This document shows positions 48,801 to 60,500 of a DNA stretch of 64,000 nucleotides, piece after piece; positions within the stretch are counted from its first letter, which is position 1; each line of letters starts with the position of its first letter. Under the pieces are notes generated by a model. That model worked only from the letters and a program-made list of their open reading frames with translations, searched no databases and had not been told where the DNA came from. Source of the DNA: Phaeosaccion multiseriatum. Its lineage: Eukaryota; Protista; Ochrophyta, other classes. A program made the translations under genes and the position numbers. The stretch spans positions 4,092,001 through 4,156,000 of the forward strand of contig OZ218952.1 in assembly GCA_965112735.1 (NCBI GenBank). The letters run 5' to 3'.

Positions 48801-51800
48801 AGAAGGAGGGAGGAGAAAGAGGAGGAGGGCAGGAGGAGGGCCCTGGAGATGTCTTCACCAAGACCATGACCGAAATCGCAGAGTCCTCTCCACATCAAGC
48901 GCTGGGGGCCTTCGCGTACGGGGCAGAGCTGCTCGTGCCAGTCATTTACCCGCTCATTTACAGCGGGCTCAAACAGGTCTTCGGAGACGAGCAGGCCTTC
49001 GTCTTCTTCCCTCTGCACACCATCTGCGATGATGAGCACGGGACCACCTTGCTGAATGTTGTCGTGAAGCTCACCGGGAACGACAAGGAGGCGCGAGAGG
49101 CCGTGTTCCGTGGGGCAAAGCTTGCGTTGAGAGCGCGGTCCGTCATGTGGGATGGCCTGCTGGCGCGGGCTAACAAGATGCCTGTGGACCCGGAGTCGAA
49201 CTCGCCCTCGGCGGTGTCGCCGCCACTCCCGCGCCCGCCGGTGGGAGGGGGCTGTCCATTCGCCATCACAGAGGCTCTAGGAGAAGCCAAGGCCGAGGCT
49301 GAAAAAGGCAAGTCCTCCGCGCCTTGTGCGGCCATGGGAAAAGGTGGGGGCGATGGCAGTGGATGCCCGCTCGCACCCGCGGTGTCTGTGAAGGAGGGAA
49401 AGGGTATTGGTGGTGTCGATGAGAAGGACGGGGCAGGGGGAGGAGGAGCCCAAGGCTTGTTCAGCGAGGCCACCGCAGGCAAGAGCGTGTCCGAGCTGTA
49501 CGATGAGCAGAGCAACGCATGGGCAAGACGTGAGCCCTCCTGCCTTTCGGACTTCACCGGCCGCCCTGCCCTCTTCAACATGTGCAAGCCTTTCATTCAG
49601 GGAGCCTCCGTCTTGGACGTGGGCTGTGGCGAGGGATACTGTGCACGTATTCTCTCGGAGATGGGGGCGAAAGACATCATCGGCATCGATATCTCTTCCG
49701 ATATGATTGAAAAAGCCAAAGCCGCGGAGGAGGCTTCACCCCTGGGCAATATCAAGTATGTGGCAGGCGACTCCCGCAGCCTCGTCCAGACGCTACAAAG
49801 AGAGGCAGGGTTGCTCGGGCGACAGTTCCAAACCATTGAGGAATCGTTCGACGTTATTGTCGCCGTGTTCCTCTTCAACTACATGACCATCGAGGATATG
49901 AAGCAGGTAGGGTGTGTATGTCTTTGCGTGTTTGTGTATGTATGTGCGTGTGTGTGTGTATGTATGTGCGTGTGTGTGTGTGTGTGTGCGTGTGCGCGTG
50001 TGTGTGCGTGTGTATACGTGTTTGTGTGCGTGTGCGAGAGTGCGTGTGTGCGTGCGCGCATGTGTTTGGGTGTGTGTGTTGGTGTGTGTGTGTGCGTGCG
50101 CGCTGTCACATGTCTCCTCATGTTGCTCGGTCGGGTCGTCAAGGAAGACCTGTATGAAGGCTCGTACCTGTGGTCCTTTTACATCGCCACCCCCCCAACT
50201 GCCTCTCCTCCCACACAAGCACACATTCCCGCACATCACATCGTACCTATTGACGGGCACTCACTCGCACGGCGCCTCTCCCGGTCGCCCCTCTCACCAG
50301 CTCACCACATCCACAACCACCCCCACCACCACCGCAACCCCTGCCCGCCCGCCCGACTCAGGTTGGTCACGACGTCCAGCGGCTGCTAAAGGACGGAGGA
50401 CACTTCATCTTCTCGGTGCCCCACCCATGTTCCCCCTGGTGGCAGCGAGAGCACGTTCCTCCTTTCCATTGGAAGCGCCCCACCGAGCAGCAGAACTACT
50501 TTAACGCTATGGACCAATGCCTCGAGGGAAAGATCTAACTTCCACAAGGTGCGTGCGTGTACGTGTGTGTGTGTATACATGTGTGTATGCATGCTTCTGC
50601 ATGCGTTTGTGCGTGTGTGCGCGTTTGTGTGGATGCGTGCAGCACCTGTTCCTCTTGTTTCTACTGCCCTCCACCCTGTTGACCTCCGACCTGTAAAACC
50701 AACACGCCCACTTTCAGCACAAAGACCGCTCCTCGATTGATTTGTCGGGTACAAACTGAGACTGAGACGCCCACAACAACACACACGAACGCACGCACAC
50801 ACACAAAACGGCAACAACAACCCGACAGAGGGTGGAAGACTATTTCAACTTCCTGCAGGAAGTGGGCTTCACGACCGCGCCGATGGTGAAGGAGCTCACC
50901 GTGGACTCCACCCTGGCGGCGAGTTCCGACTTCTTTGCGCCCTTGGAAGGGGTACCCCTTCACATGTGCATTGGTGCGCGAAAAACTGTGGCCCTGGAGC
51001 AGGCCGGCACGGACGGTGCCTTGGGTACCGACACCACGGACGAGGAGATCGACCGCATTTTGTGTAGCCGGGGTGCCGATGGACGCATCCTGCCCGCCCT
51101 TGCCTCCAGCGTCAAGTTCATGCTGCCGCCACAGGAGGTCATCTGGAACGAAATGCTGCGCGACTCGGAGTTTGTGCTGCACCTGCCGCAAGGGGTGCTT
51201 GACGAGTTGTATGGATCTGCGCGTGCTCTGCTGGCCAAGGGCATCGACCATGAGACTTATACCCCAGGGGACGTGTGGCCCCTGGCTGAGACGCGACGAT
51301 TCGGATACTTTGTCGCCAAGCAGCTCATGGTCAAGTCGGGCAACATTCTGATTCGGGGCCTCGACATAGACAGCATGCACGAGACGGATGAGCTCCACCG
51401 GGAGAAGTTCGCCAAGCTGTGCTTTTTCATCCTCGCCAGCTCCGTGGCCAAGATAAACGACACGCGTGGCCGTCTATTCGACGTGAGTGTCGCCCACACG
51501 CTCACCCCACCCACTGTTCTGACACCCCCCCGCCCACCGTCCGGGTTGCTTGCGGGCTTTGCTGTCCACAATTCCAAACGCTTTCCTATTGCTGCTTGTC
51601 TGCCCTCCTGCCTACCTGTCTGCCTTACTCCCTCGCTCCCTTCCCTTTCCCCTCCCTGGCCCCCCTTCGTCCCTTCCTCCGTCCCACCACACTCACTCTC
51701 TTCCGGCTGCTTCAAAATCCCTTTGACTGACGGTGATCGTTCCTTCCTTCTCGTCCGTTGTGCTGCTCTCCTGCCCCCGTGACTGCCCCGCCCCTCCCTC

Positions 51801-52489
51801 CCCGCCTCGCGTGCTTCGATGCACACCAGGTGCGCAATCGCGGCCTGGACGCCAGCAAAGATAATGTGCTCTTTTCGGCCGTGAACAGCGAGTGCGGCTG
51901 GCACACGGACGGCTCTAGCAGGGGCTGGATGCCTGACTGTGTGGGACTGCTCTGCGTCCGCCCCGCCTCACAGGGAGGAGAGTTCCAAATGGCATCGGCG
52001 TGTAACGCTTGGCATCGGTTACAGAATCGGCTGCCTGCTTTCCTCCTCTACGAACTCCGCAGGCCTCTCGTCCGGGACATCCTTGAGCGTGGGGTAGAAG
52101 GCTTCGGGAGTGGGTCCCGTGTCAACCCGAAAGACTTTTTCTTACTCCTGTCCCGCTCCCCGGCCGTGCTTCGGCAGCGCATTCGTCTCAACAGCTACCC
52201 CATCTTCGACTACCGAGACTCCTCTCGCCAAATGAGTTTCCGCTTCATTCAGGAATGGTTGGAGAGTGGCCATCGCAAGGCTGGCTACAAACTGTCGCCC
52301 CTCACCCAAATTGCCACTATTGAACTCGAGAAGGCTCTTTGGGAAGAATGTCGCTTCAATCAGGCCTTCAAGCGGGGAGACATTGGCATTGCCAACAACC
52401 ACATTGTGGCACATCGGAGGAATGCCTTCATGGACGAGCCTGGCACCGACGGGAGGCTCAAGGTCCGTGTGTGGCTGTCTCTCACCTGA
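45896..52489 (+). pseudogene. Second copy of the five-module fusion gene, frameshifted in exon 5 (would end at ~922 aa)
   Basis: Exons 45896-46391, 46590-47121, 47512-47786, 48618-49906, 50362-50548, 50829-51482, 51830-52489. The 32 nt present at 40850-40881 are missing, which creates ATC TAA at 50533-50538. Confidence 0.8.
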
Positions 52490-52679
52490 GTATCTGAAGT
52501 CAGTCAGGCTTAGTAAGTCACTGATTCTCTGACTTTCGAAAGGAGGGGGGGGTTGCCTCTGAAACTGAAGCTGACACTGCCGCGTGAGGCCAGAACGTCC
52601 AGCTTCTCAAGCCAGAAAGGGAGTAAGGGGGTAGAGAAGAAGAGAGGAGGGGCGTGAGCACGGCTCAGATAGCCTGGCA

Positions 52680-53201
52680 AAGTATCAGATCGACTCCTTC
52701 GTCACACTCCACAAGGAACAAGGTGAATACGAAGTTCTAGTTCATTGGCTTGGTTTTGAAGCCGACGAACGCACTTGGGAGCCTCTTCACCTACTGATGG
52801 GGGATATGCCTGTTGCTACCATGCAGCAATACCTCCGGAAGATGAAGCTCTCTCCCACGGTCAAACGTGACCTGTTGCACATGCACAAGCTGCGTGTGTG
52901 ATATTTTTTCTTGTTTTGTTTGGAGTTTTCCTTCGCACGTTTTTCTCACGATGTCTTCTCACTCGTTTTTTCCTCCTTTTTTCCTATAGCTCGACAGGAT
53001 AGTTTCCTATCAAGCTTCTTAAAGGGGGACTGTGGAGTAGAGCACTCATTCATGACGTTTCGGAAACCCACCAGTAATGCTAAGAATAAATTACTCGCGT
53101 TCTTGCAATAAAGCCTTAGTGTCTCTGCCTCACCAGGAGTGAGAGTGAAGAGACATAGAGTGTGTGTCACAGTAAGTTAGCGAAGGCTCACCGACGCTAC
53201 A
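52680..53201 (+). mobile_element. 3' remnant of a chromodomain-bearing Ty3/Gypsy LTR retrotransposon (chromodomain 52680-52901, PPT 53021-53030, LTR 53031-53201)
   Basis: ATG-less frame KYQIDSFVTLHKEQGEYEVLVHWLGFEADERTWEPLHLLMGDMP..YL (chromodomain), then AAAGGGGGAC directly followed by a 171-bp TGT...ACA segment containing AATAAA. Confidence 0.75.
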
Positions 53202-53567
53202 GCAGTCGCGTATGAAGTGTCCGCCCTCCCCGCACTGGGCGCATCTGTCGCTCGCCATGCGAATCCGCTGCGTAATCTCCAGTACCTGGGACCTGGACAG
53301 AACCAATTGCACGTAGGACGCCCCGCGGACATTGTTGATCCCGTACATGTGCATGGCCACTAGGGTATACTTGTCCTCGTCGAAGGGGCAGCACCCTTCG
53401 TACTTTTGGGATATCTCCAGGGGGCGATGCATGCGCGTCCACGTGGACGCCTTCACCTCCCGATGCGCGATGAACCTGTCTTCCAGATTGGAGGTCTTGC
53501 CCTAATACCACTTCCCGTGCTCCAGGCGCAGAATGTAGATGGTAACCCGTGAATCTTCGGAGTCCAT
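53202..53567 (-). pseudogene. GIY-YIG + CCHC pseudogene, right-arm copy
   Basis: Mirror of 37818-38183, including the same in-frame TAG (53502-53504). Confidence 0.8.
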
Positions 53568-54203
53568 TGTGTGCTTTTCATTTTCGCACATATTTCTTGC
53601 CCGTGAGCAAACGAGGATATCCCAGGCGTCAGAAATACAACTCTTTTGTTGAGCGGGTAACGAGTCCATGGACGCACTTTGTACCCTCCTTCCGAAAAAG
53701 GCATGGCACATGTAAAATCGAATATATCGATATTTGCCAGATACCTTACGTAATCATCATGCCGTTTTTCTATACTTAAATCAAGTCAAATGCCAACCCT
53801 GTAATAAACCCAAGTGTGAACTCTCCGAACCGCCACACCCCTTAATATTAGGGGTGATGGCTATTTTTCCCTTACGTAAGGGTGAGACTTTGGGCCCTCC
53901 CAGACTCACCGCATATACAGTCTCGGAAACCCGCTTAGAATAAGGTCGGAAACCCTCGTCTGGAGCCGTTTTTGAATGTACCTCCTGAAAGGGCCTGAGC
54001 TTTTCGGGTTTTCATTTCCAAACGTTTTTTTCGGTGAGACTTTCGGGCCCCAGATTCTCAAATCAGGACCTTTGCTCCCGTTACCCATACCTACCTCTCC
54101 AATGAGGAAGGACGAGCGAGCTGTGTCGCCGCTTCAATGAGAAAGGACGAGAAAAACGGGCCGTGAAAAGCTCCACCAGCTCTTCCAACACGAGCGAACA
54201 AAC

Positions 54204-56773
54204 ATGGCTCGCCGCGTGTACGAAGAGAGGCGGTGGAGCCCGAGAGGAGAAATGGGCATGGCAGCTGCAGCAGACGTCCCCCAAGGTATACGGACTACCG
54301 TCTTAAACCCCCTCCACTATTTTCCTAATCCCAAACTCCTCGCTCCTCTGCTCCTCTGTTCCCTCGTGCGCAGGCGCTTCGTTTGTGCTGTTTCTGCTTG
54401 GACTTGTCTTCTTCTCCTTGGGCGTGTTCTACATCAACGCTAGCACCAAGGGCACGAGGGAGACTGAAGTGCTGCAGTACTCGGGAGCGATTAGCAACTG
54501 GACTGCCTTCCGACCGACGTTCGCGTCGTTGGCGCTCACCTACACTCTCAAGCTAAGTGGGGGAGGTGGGTACCTCACCGAGAAGTCGAATGGTACTGAA
54601 ACAACATCTGGGCTTGCTGCTGACGCACAGCTGTGGCCTGAAGAGGTGAGTGAGCCTTGCACACAGCCGTGAGATGGTCCACAACAAGTTCCCACCTCTC
54701 TATCATGGTGCTGCTTTTCTCTCTCTTTCTCTCTGGTTGTATCAATCTCTCCCTCCCTTCCTCAATCTCTGTTCCCTTCGCCGTGAACACGCAAAACCCC
54801 TCTCGTCGCCCATGAATCCCACAGGGGGTGGTAAGCACACATGGAGCTCTCAGGGTATCGACTGAAGGCGACCCCATATTCGACGAGGAGGCCGCTAATG
54901 ACGGTTCCATCTCCGGTGACCTCCCCACGTACAAGCCTCTCAAGTACGAAGGAGACGCATCGGCGCCAGAAGGAAAGCTCTTCAATTTTTCGGCAGCACC
55001 TTGGGTCGAGATTGAGGTAGACGCCGGGCATCGAAGTGGAGGGGGCGGGCCTTCGTCCACGTTCTCCACAGGCCCTTTCCCCAGCACCAGGGTCTATCAG
55101 GTGCGATATCTTCATCCCCCCACCTTGCTGCGGTTCGACCCGCCTGCTCGACAGGTCGGCCGCCAGCCAGATCTTCTCCTGCCGTCTGTCTTCCTACATT
55201 CTCCCTTTCCCCGTCCCCCTACCCTTTGGCATTGGCGCCCATCTCTCGGGGCGTCTCCGCCTTTGCCGCACCATCACACCCCCTCTGCCGCGACAGGTGT
55301 ACGCGCCAAAGCCTGCCCCAGAGACCAAGTGCAAGCAGATGCACCAAGGGCTCTATGACGTGGCTTCGGGCAAGTGCTTCGTGTACCAAAAGAGTTGAGT
55401 TCTGCAAAGGGCTGATGCGGGTACCGAGCAAGAGAGGGAGAGAAAGGAGGGGATAAAGAGTGTACTTCTGTATGACGTCGGGTGTCGATATAGCTCGAGA
55501 TATCTATTCCTTTCCCCACCCTCCACTAGATGTGTCCCAAGGCCTTCCCCATCATCTCCATGTCTCGTATCCCCGCCCCCAACCCGCGGCCTCATGTTCT
55601 TCTTCTTCTCTTGCATGTTGTGTCCCACATGGCTCAGTAAGCGGCATCTGTGTGCAGGTGGAAGCTGACCCATCTGGCCATTGGCAGCTCCACTCCGTGC
55701 TACTTGGAAATGACTCCTCTTCCGCCACGTCTCCTCCGTCCGTCGGGGCGGAGGCAGCCCTAGACCCTACTGGAGATGCTCCGACCTACGGTTGCGACCC
55801 AGGCGATGAGTGGTTTCCCGCACAGTATTCCACAGTCAAAGTGGAAGGGTACGACACGCGAGACGTGGTAGTACCGCCCATTGGATTGAACCGCATCAAG
55901 GTGAGTACAAGAGGAGAAAGCAATCGAATGGAACGACAAGGGAAGGGAGAGCACAGAGGGAGGAATCTTACTTTCGTCGGGATGAACTGCTGTGATTAGA
56001 TCGTCTTTCCCACCATACGACCCTTTCCCTCCCTTCCCCCCGCTCCCCTCTCCCACCTTTACTTGTGCTTCTTATGGTACTTGCTGTTTACTTTATGCGT
56101 TCCATTTCCCCTCCATCCCTCCTTGTTGTGACGCCAGGTACTTGTCCGGTCGAGGTACGACCCCTTCCTTCACCTCGAGGTGATGACAAACAGCACGGAC
56201 ACGCTGGCCCTCAGCAGCCGCAGCTCCCTCATTGCCGGTTGTACCTTCTTACTGCTCTCGGTGCTGCTCATGATCAACCCCGCCTGTCGCATCTACCAAA
56301 CCTGCTGCTGTGGACGAGAAGTGAGCGAGTACGAGAGAGACTCAACTTACTATGGCCGCCTCCGGGAAGACCACGTTTATGAGGAAGAAGAAGAAGACGA
56401 CGACGACGACGAGGACGAGGAGGAGCAGCAGCAGAAGGTTATCGTTTCATACAACGAGGCTGGAGGTGGCGGTGATGGTGGGGAAGTTTATGGCAAAGGG
56501 CGTTGGGGGGGGGGAGGACGTGCCTTCCAGAGGAGGAGTGAGGAAGACACCGAGCTCAGCGGCGAAGAATCTGAGTTTTGTAACAGCGCCCCTTCTGTGG
56601 TGAGGCACAGCGAGATTCAGATGACGGAGATGAGTCTCCGAGACCAAGACGACGGTGGTGGTGGTGGTAACAGTGGTGGTGGGAGGGGGGGGGGCGCATG
56701 GAGAAACGCACCAGGGTACCATCGAGTAGCCAGCCGAAGAGCCACCGCATCCAGCAGTAGCCTGCCTTCTTGA
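54204..56773 (+). CDS. Uncharacterised multi-exon membrane protein with two TM helices flanking a Cys-containing luminal loop
   Basis: N-terminal TM FVLFLLGLVFFSLGVFYI and C-terminal TM LIAGCTFLLLSVLLMI; N-x-S/T sequons; acidic tail; ~6 GT-AG exons. Confidence 0.55.
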
Positions 56774-57562
56774 TCCAGGCTGACTCTTTGGTGGTGGAAC
56801 AAAACCTGAGTCAGCTGCTGTACTCACGGACATGGGAAGAGGCGAGGCGCGGCGCATGAGACAATCGATCGAGGTGACAGCTGTCGAAGACTGTCAACGT
56901 GAAAGCTCTCGAAGACCCGAGTCGACTTGACTGAAGGGAAGGGGAGGGGGGGTGCTCTGCTTACTGCACATGGGGCATACACAGCCCCCGGGGCGAAAGT
57001 ATAGCGTGCCCTTGTGGCTGAGTGACGTCTGGGAGCGACTGGTCTCTCTGCCGTCACTGCCAGTCCAGACCTTATTGAGAACTGGCGAGCGCAAGTGCTG
57101 GCAGGAGGAATTAGCGCCGGTTGGCACGAACGCCTTGGACCTTGGGGGCGTCGGTTTTCCGCTCCTTCTCGTTCGTTGGATGGTCCTACAGAAGGGGAAG
57201 AGAGGGGTGGTAGGGTAGTCAGCCAGCAGAACGAGGCATCTGAACCTTGTTTCCATCCCCCCTGTGGTCGACTGTGGAGGTCTGTTCGTCCTGTGAGGGG
57301 AGGAGGGAGGAGGGCGAAGGGCATGATATGCAAGGGCCACCTCGCAAGGAGCGGAGCGGGGAGGGAGGGCGATAGGGCGGCAGGCGATGTGAAAGCCCGC
57401 CCTGAAACTGAAACTGAAACTGAAACTGAAACCGTAAATTCAACGACTTGCGTTTAGACCGCCCCGCCAACAAAAGAAACACCTACTGTGCATCGGTCCC
57501 TGCTGATCTGAGCCAGATGTTTTCACAAGCAGAATCGCACTGCATACTGCGCAGGAGCAACG

Positions 57563-60500
57563 ATGAAGAAATCTCTTCTCCCAGGGCTTGTGCTTCTGGT
57601 CGGGTTGGCGGCGGCCAGCGACAGGAGCGACAGCGGGTATCCTGCAGGAAAGAGAAGCCTCAGGGGGGCATCCATTTCGGCCGAACAAGCCCACGAACAA
57701 AGCCGGGTGCATCGTCCCGCCCTCAGGGGAGCATCGATTCCGGTCGTGGAGCAAACCCAAACGAAGTATAAGGCCTGCACTTCCCACAGCAGAGCGCCCT
57801 CCGCCGCCTCGAAGCTGCGGCGGGATCTAGGCTCCGAAGCGATAGGCGAGGTGAGGAGTAGAGGGGAAGGCGCAAGCTGCGTCTACCACAAAGCGAGACA
57901 TTCGTCCTTAGACCATCCCGCTCTCCGTAGCATGTCCTGCTGGAGTTAACTCATCCCTCTTCAAATTCGCTCCCCGCTGCTTGTTGGCCCTCGCTCGGGA
58001 ACCTCCTGACGTCGTTCGAGGGATGCCACAAGGTGTCCTTCAGTGATCCTAGTCGGGACGTGGCGTGCTTCACCGTCTTTGCCCCCGTGGAGTACGGCCA
58101 ATCCCTGCTCGCCCTCCCCCAAGAGAAGGACCTGAACAGGTAGGTGTGTGTTTGTGTGTGGTAGGGACTAAGAGACGCACGACTAGACTTCGCTGGGCGC
58201 TCTCGCTGCTCCTGCTGCCTTGGTGCCTCCGCTCTAGTCTCCAGCGTACGATTCTTACGATGTCTCCGTCCCCCTCGGCTAATACAACTTGGCCTGACTG
58301 GCTGGCTCACTTGCCTCGCTCTTTGATTTTCCGCCATACTGCTCCGGGTCTATCGCAGCGTTGAGACCCTCCCCAAGGGCCGCCACTCCTTACGCAAGCT
58401 TCAACTGTAAGTGCGTGGAATTGTAATTGGGGTTGGGATAGCTAAGCACGACTGCGAGTAACGAATAGCACCGCGAATAGCACCGGTCGATCAGTGTTGT
58501 GGTGCGTACGTAGCTACACAATTATCTCGGCGGGGGGGGGGCGTTCCGCTTTGCAATGTAAAGTGTGCGTCCTTTTGTTTCCTCCCCTCGACCGCTGCTC
58601 GCTCCTCTACCCGGCCCCTGCTTGCCTGACCCTCTCCTCGCCCCTCCCCTTGTCCTCCGCTGTCGTACCCTCGTGTCTTGCGCCTGCAGCGGGGACACAG
58701 AAACCATCACCGTGGACTTTGACGTCATCCTCACTATCCATGATGACTTTATGGGCGACGATGACGGCGACGATGACGGCGACGACGACAACAACGACTA
58801 CAACGACGACTACAGCAACTACAAGTACAACGACGGCACCGACAGTGGAAGTGGAAGGGGTCTTCTGCGTCGGCTGGCGGAGGGGGATGTGCCTACCTCA
58901 GACTTAAGTGAAGGTCTTCAGGGATTCTTGGACGATGAAGCACAGGACGTGGCGGATGTTGTGAGCGCTGATGACTACAGCGTCCAAGACTTGTCCATGG
59001 TCGAGATGGCCGACATCGATAGCCTCGCCGACACGACGTCTTACAGTGTGAGCTTCGGAATGGTCTTCGTCGTACCCGCGAGCGTGGATGCCCAAGATTC
59101 AGCGGGACAGCTCATCATCAGCAGCATGGTGGACGCATTTGCGGATTTTAGAGAAGATACTGGAGGCGCCGTCGACCTTACCATTGTGAGTGCCAGCACC
59201 CGCGCACCCACTGAGACCGTCACCATCACCATCGACTATGAAGGCAGCCTCATCCTTTCCGTCGATAACGTACTTCCGTCTGAGTTGGATGCGGCTCTTA
59301 GGAGCTTCGTGGAAGACATGGCAGAACTTGTGGCGGACGCCTTGGACACGATAGCAGAGGCGGTGGTGGGCACTTACGGTCCTGTTGACTACGCTGTCCA
59401 AGACTTCTCCATGGTCGAGACGGCCGACGCCAACAACCTCCCCGACACGACGTATTGCAGTCTGAGCTACACAATGGCCTTCATCGTGCCCGCGGGTATT
59501 GATCCCGACCCGGCAGGACTCGTCTTCAGCACCACGGAGACCATCAAGCAGTCAATTGTGGATCAGGTCAACAATGACATCATCAATTATACCTTTGTCA
59601 GCACCGCGCTCCATTCTGCCCCAACACCGGTGTCATTTCCAGCGTCTTTTTCAGACACTGGTGCGCCAACACCGGCGCCAGCTTTCGATGAAGTATCGTT
59701 TCCATCCACTTCCTGGGAGACCTTTGCGCCAACAAGTGCACCAACACCGACGCCAGCGTCCTTTCTGTGAGTACTCCCCGCCTCTGTCGAGGGTCTGTAA
59801 GCACTATGATGGGGTTAATAGGTGTATCAGGTGCATACATGGACTAGCACATGGGTTTAGGGGCGCAGCGGTGATTTCAGTTTCAGTTTCGATAGGGACT
59901 CCTCTGTTTGCCCCACCCCCGCCCGACTGTCGTTCGCTCCTCGCCCTCCTCCGTCATGCTCTCCTCATCTCGAGGGCTAAAAGGGTGACCCTTTGCAGAG
60001 TGTGCGTCCCTTTGCTTGCCCATCTCGACCGCTGCTCGCTCCTCTACCCGGCCCCTGCTTGCCTGACCCTCTCCTCACCCCTCCCCTTGTCCTCCGATGT
60101 CGTACCCTCGTGTCTTGCGCCTGCAGCGGGGACACAGAAACCATCACCGTGGACTTTGACGTCATCGTCAATGTCCATGACGACTTTATGGGCGACGATG
60201 ACGGCGACGACGACTTCAGCAACTACAATGACGACTACTACAACGACGGCAGGAGTGGCAGAAGGGGTCTTCTGCGTCGGCTGGCGGAGGGGGATGCGCC
60301 TACCTCCGACTTGAGTAAAGAGCTTCAGCTCTTCCTAGACGATGAAGCACGGGATATGGCGGGTGTTGTGAGCGCTGTGGACTACAGCGTTCAAGACTTC
60401 TTCATGGTCGAGACGGCCGACATCGATGGCCTCCCCGACACGACATCTTACAGTGTGAGCTTCGCCATGGTCTTCACTGTGCCTGTGGGCGTTGACACCA

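Larger units (their letters stand above)
45751..54077. repeat. Right arm of a ~16.8-kb inverted repeat (palindrome)
   Basis: Reverse complement of 37308-45663. Differences found: a 32-bp deletion, small indels in simple repeats and at least one substitution (39462/51924). Confidence 0.98.

Noticed and set aside
37290-54095. Target-site duplication flanking the palindrome
   Set aside because: The flanks GGGGAAGGA and CCGTTACCC share no direct repeat, so simple cut-and-paste insertion is unsupported.
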